Positions 59,691-64,000 of a DNA stretch of 64,000 bases are shown here, piece after piece (positions within the stretch are counted from its first letter, which is position 1; every line of letters begins with the position of its first letter). Origin of the DNA: Macrostomum lignano (lineage: Eukaryota); NCBI GenBank assembly GCA_002269645.1, contig NIVC01000952.1, forward strand, positions 214,967-278,966. Reading direction: 5' to 3'. Made by a program: the position numbers and the translations under genes. Below the pieces are notes generated by a model, which did not search any database, was not told where the DNA came from, and saw nothing but the letters and a program-made list of their open reading frames with translations.

Positions 59691-62069
59691 ATCTTGTGGT
59701 ACCATTTTTTACCCAAAATTTTTAAGTCTAAATATAGGCATATTACAAATACTATTACAAATAAGTTGATATTTAAATGAAAGAAAACAACTTAAAGATT
59801 ATTTTGCAACAAGGAATTAGCGATATATTTACTTTTAGAAAAAGATGTTTGCTGGCAAACTTTGCACTTTATATTAGTATGAATTTTTGCGAGTTTATAT
59901 GGTTTTAGAAAAACTTTAAAATCCTTAGAAATACTTCATCTTTTTGAATTGAATAAAAAGTAAAACACAGATTACTTTCTGTTTTGTAATTAGTAAAAAA
60001 AGTAGCCTTCTCTAAGGCCTACAAGTCTTAAAATTAATTGTTTAATAATGAAAAAAAGTGAAACAAAAAATTGCAAATCGGTCAACTCGGACTTTCAAAA
60101 TGCTTTTTTGTGGTTTTTTCTTATTTATTCAACAATACAAAGCATGAAAACAATAGTTTTTATCCAGAACTATTTTCTAAAGACATATCTATCTTTCAAA
60201 AACCTTTTTTAGATACATTACTTTCCATCGAATGTCCGCAGATTTGTTTTACCGTTTTATCCCACGTTTTTGGATTTCGCCAACTATCACCAAGTTTTTG
60301 TTTGAGTTTGAGTAGGCCTATGACTTCAAATTTAAGAATTTTTGCAATTTAGGATTTTGGATTGGAATTCAATCAAATGGGTTCAAAATCTATAGGTTTC
60401 AACAGCTTTTGTTGTATATAAATTATAAGCCAATATATAAATAGCGAATGATATATACTTTAAATCAAAATACAAAGTGCTATATGATTATGAATAGGGA
60501 CTATCAATATCATGTAAATGGGAAATCTATAAATAAAAATTTACAACGATTAAGAAGTATAACTAACTTAACTAAGCTAGTATTAGTAATTTAAATGGCC
60601 TAGTAAAGTAGAAGGCCTAGCTAGCCTAGACCTAATATAATAATAACATGAAGTAGGCCTAGTAAAAAATTATTAGGAATATAAAATTAATAAGTGTGAT
60701 GGACCAACGATAGTCACCAGTCTTTGAGTCTAATGCTTCGCAGAATTTGAATGCAGTTAAATGTGCGTGGCGAGCGGCATAATACTGCGTTGTTTTCGGC
60801 TTACGGTTTTGCGTAACAATGTGAATAAAAACGTACTTTTTCTTCAAAAACAAAAAATAGGATGCACTAAAAATAACTCCGAAACCCAATAAACAACAAA
60901 AAGCGGCTCACCTTTTAGTTAAACATTTCAGTAAATTATTTGCGTAGTAGCAAATATCACTGCTCATTATTTAACTCTCTGGTTGCAGAAGGCATACTGT
61001 TTTGTTACTTTGCTTGAAGGTACACTTTTCAAATTGTAGTATTTTCGTTCCACGATTCATTTTTGCTCGCGAATCACACCTTTGTCATTAAGCTGAAACC
61101 TGAAGCTGAAACCAGCCGAAACCATGGAAACAGTAAACTACTGATTTTTTCGCTAATAAAAACTTGTGAAAAAACAATAAGTGCTATGAATATACGCATT
61201 ATAATGATGTATCATACATGCAGTATTTTTGTTTAACCTGGCTATAGCCTTTATGCCTAGCTTAGCTTTTAATGGCTTGGGGCCCGGGGTCCTTATTTAA
61301 ATAGATAAAATACTAATTTACTCAATTATATTGTGCAATAGTCGAGTAAATAAGCCTGGTTTTAGACTTTAGGCTTAGTTTATAATTTATAATTTTAGGC
61401 AATTTAAATAATGACTATTTGATTGAATTTAATTTACCCATCTATGCTAGGTCAATAAGCATTGTACAAGAATAGTCCAGTTTATATAGTAAGTTAGTAT
61501 TAGTAATTAGTGCCACTGCTAGCACTGTAGTCTGCTATAGTGCATGCATGCTGGAATAAAGTTTTGAGTCAAACTGGCAATCTGTTGGCAATAGTGCCAT
61601 GGTCAATGACTAGATGAGTTTTAAATATGGAAATCATATATGCCCAACCTCAAAATTTCACCTGTCTGGTATGACTTAGTTTTGTCTAGATTTGTGACTT
61701 AGTTTCTCCCAATTTCAACTTAGTTCCTCCCAATTACAACTTACAAACTTAGTTCCCTTGATTGCAACTTAATTTTCACTTGTATAGGCCCTTTGACTTT
61801 TCTTGCCTTTTTTTCTTTTCTTTTTCTTTCTCTCTCCTCTTTCCCCTCTCTCTTCTCCCTCCTTTTTTCCTCTGCTTTCTTTCTTCCCCCAATTTTTTGT
61901 TTTTTGCATTTTCAATTTTTGCGACTTACCTTGCTTAGGCTTGGCCAGGGGCCATTTCACTTGTCTGGTTTAGATGGGTCGTACAGGTGGAAGTGTTGGG
62001 CACATATGATGAAATGACTTACAAACTACAGTTAAAGAAATACTTCATGGTGTGTAACTCATATATGCC

Positions 62070-62437
62070 AGGGGGCCGTAGCCCAGCGGTAGCGCAGCTG
62101 CTCTAGTGTGCCGCGACCCAGGCTCAATTCCAAGTGCAGCCACATTAATTTGGGGCTGGATTGGAATCTTGGCTTGGCTCGCTTGTGCAATTAACGGCCT
62201 TGAGAGCCAACCCCCCCCCAAGGCGCAGTGAAGTGTACATGCCTAACAATTGATAAAAGTTAAGGCCGCTGTACACTCCTGTGTGAGTGTGTGCCTGCGT
62301 AATATATCCGCGCGCTTGTATGCCTGCTCAGGGGAGTCGGCGGAATGGGCAGTAATGCCTCTCGCCGGTTGTGTGCCAATGACACTTAAATTGCGCCAGG
62401 GTGCATACAACTCCCTGCCTCTAAAAAAAACAAAAAA
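62070..62437 (+). mobile_element. tRNA-derived SINE, copy 3, full length with A tail and 14-bp TSD
   Basis: A/B-box-like head and A-rich tail. AACTCATATATGCC occurs at both 62056-62069 and 62438-62451. Confidence 0.85.
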
Positions 62438-62600
62438 AACTCATATATGCCTATATATTGGCTATTATATAAGTGTGGACTAACTGGATGATAGTATACA
62501 ATACAGCACCCCCAAAAAGAGCAATGTACAATATATATGACAGGTGATCCTTGTGTACTATAGAAATTTCCATTGTATACCTGTTCTTCCATACTATGGC

Positions 62601-63213
62601 CCATAGTCAGGAAGGTGTCCAATGTACACAAGAACTAATTTTGGGCAAAATTAAGCCTGTATGCCAACGTATGCCAATTTTTTTAGCTTCATTTCGAACA
62701 TTATGCTGTACGCTGAAGTCCTTTTTCAGTATCATTTTTCCACACTTCGAAACATTTTAATGTACGTGTTTTTGAAATTGGATTTTACCATTTTACAAAA
62801 GAATGGACTACTTTATTGCATGCAACAATTTGAAAAAATTGAAAACAGAAACAAATAAAACAATTCTTTTTTCACAAAAGTGCAAAATAACAATCTTTAG
62901 AAATAGTTTTCCATTATCTGCTTACTTTTTATTATTCTTTAATTTTTTCAAAGGCCATAAATCAGCAAAGACATACAATACAATGCAAATGAGATTGAAT
63001 ATGATTTGTAAAAACGGTCACAGTGCTTGCTTATGTACACGCCCGCGGACAGTGGTTATGATGCCGCCAGTAAAATTGGTATGCTGATTTTGTCATTCTG
63101 TTGTGTATGTACGCAGGTACGCCAGTTTTCTGAAGATCTGTATGCCAAAACTGATTCTAATGGCCAAGTGTACGCGGGAATATTCCTGCATATGGACACC
63201 TTCCTGACTATGG
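62601..63213. mobile_element. Non-autonomous DNA transposon (MITE), 20-bp TIRs, 8-bp TSD
   Basis: CCATAGTCAGGAAGGTGTCC (62601-20) is the exact reverse complement of 63194-63213. ACTATGGC flanks both sides (62593-62600 and 63214-63221). Confidence 0.85.
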
Positions 63214-64000
63214 ACTATGGCCATGGGCAATCCTGATTCCTTTTGGTTTATGATCACCTCAAATATAAAATAGTGACAATCATCATAAAAAAGTTATGAC
63301 ATAAAAACCAATATACTTGGTAGTCTCAAATAAAAAGAATTCAAAAGTTGGTAAACTAACTTTGTTTATTTCAAAGGATTGTATGTTAGTTTGCTAAGTA
63401 GGGCCTAGGCCTAGCTTATATATTACCTTCGCTTTTCAATTACCCAAAAAGGCCAACTGTATATTTTTCATTAAAATGATCATAAACTAAAGCTGGCTAT
63501 AAAAAAGCATATCAAATAGTCACAGAAAACTGCTGCTCATTCTAGATTGAGGGTATTGAAATCTAGGTTGAATAGTCACTTGTCTAATATCTTTAAATAT
63601 GCTTTGGGCTCATTCCATATAAGATGGACATATTTGGAAAATAGAAAAAAGTCAATATTTTTGCTTGCCATTGCCTAATTAGCCTATTTTTTTTACCAAA
63701 TGTTTATATTGTGCAATATATACAATCTAAGAATAAAGGAATGGTAAAATGTTGGATTAGTATGTTATCAATTGGCAAAAAGTCATTTTTGTAAAAATTT
63801 GGACATTTTTCGAAGCAAAAGACATCATTAAGATTTTGTACCTTTTAAAAACAAATAGAAAGCTTTTGAAGGTTGAAACAAACTATAGATAAAAGTATAG
63901 TACTTGCATCATCAGATAAAAGCATTGGTGACCAAATAATCTATTATATTTTTAATGTATTAGTACCTCAAAGTTACTGAATTGACAGAAAAAAATATGT

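Overview
Animal genomic DNA with GC-rich exons and introns packed with mini- and microsatellites; the style resembles a free-living flatworm such as Macrostomum, which is an inference. Bases 1-10423 are the AT-rich right-hand part of an endogenous Polinton/Maverick (adintovirus-like) element. It encodes a fibre-like protein, adenain-like protease, penton, packaging ATPase, double-jelly-roll major capsid, an HNH nuclease and a PLA2-integrase fusion, and ends in a canonical ACTACT terminus. No pPolB is visible in the window. The main finding is a 333-nt group I self-splicing intron (8028-8360, IC1-like, P1-P10 largely foldable by eye). It interrupts the viral PLA2-integrase gene at the G|PG of the PLA2 calcium-loop motif, about 100 nt downstream of the free-standing HNH gene. 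Host genes are an SLC17/sialin-like transporter (5' half only), a DEG/ENaC channel, a compact Cys-loop receptor subunit, Wnt5 and FoxO. The ~15 kb Wnt5 intron holds two paralogous orphan surface-protein genes with a constant-variable-constant mosaic structure, plus Crypton and Gypsy remnants. Several frameshifts may be sequencing errors.
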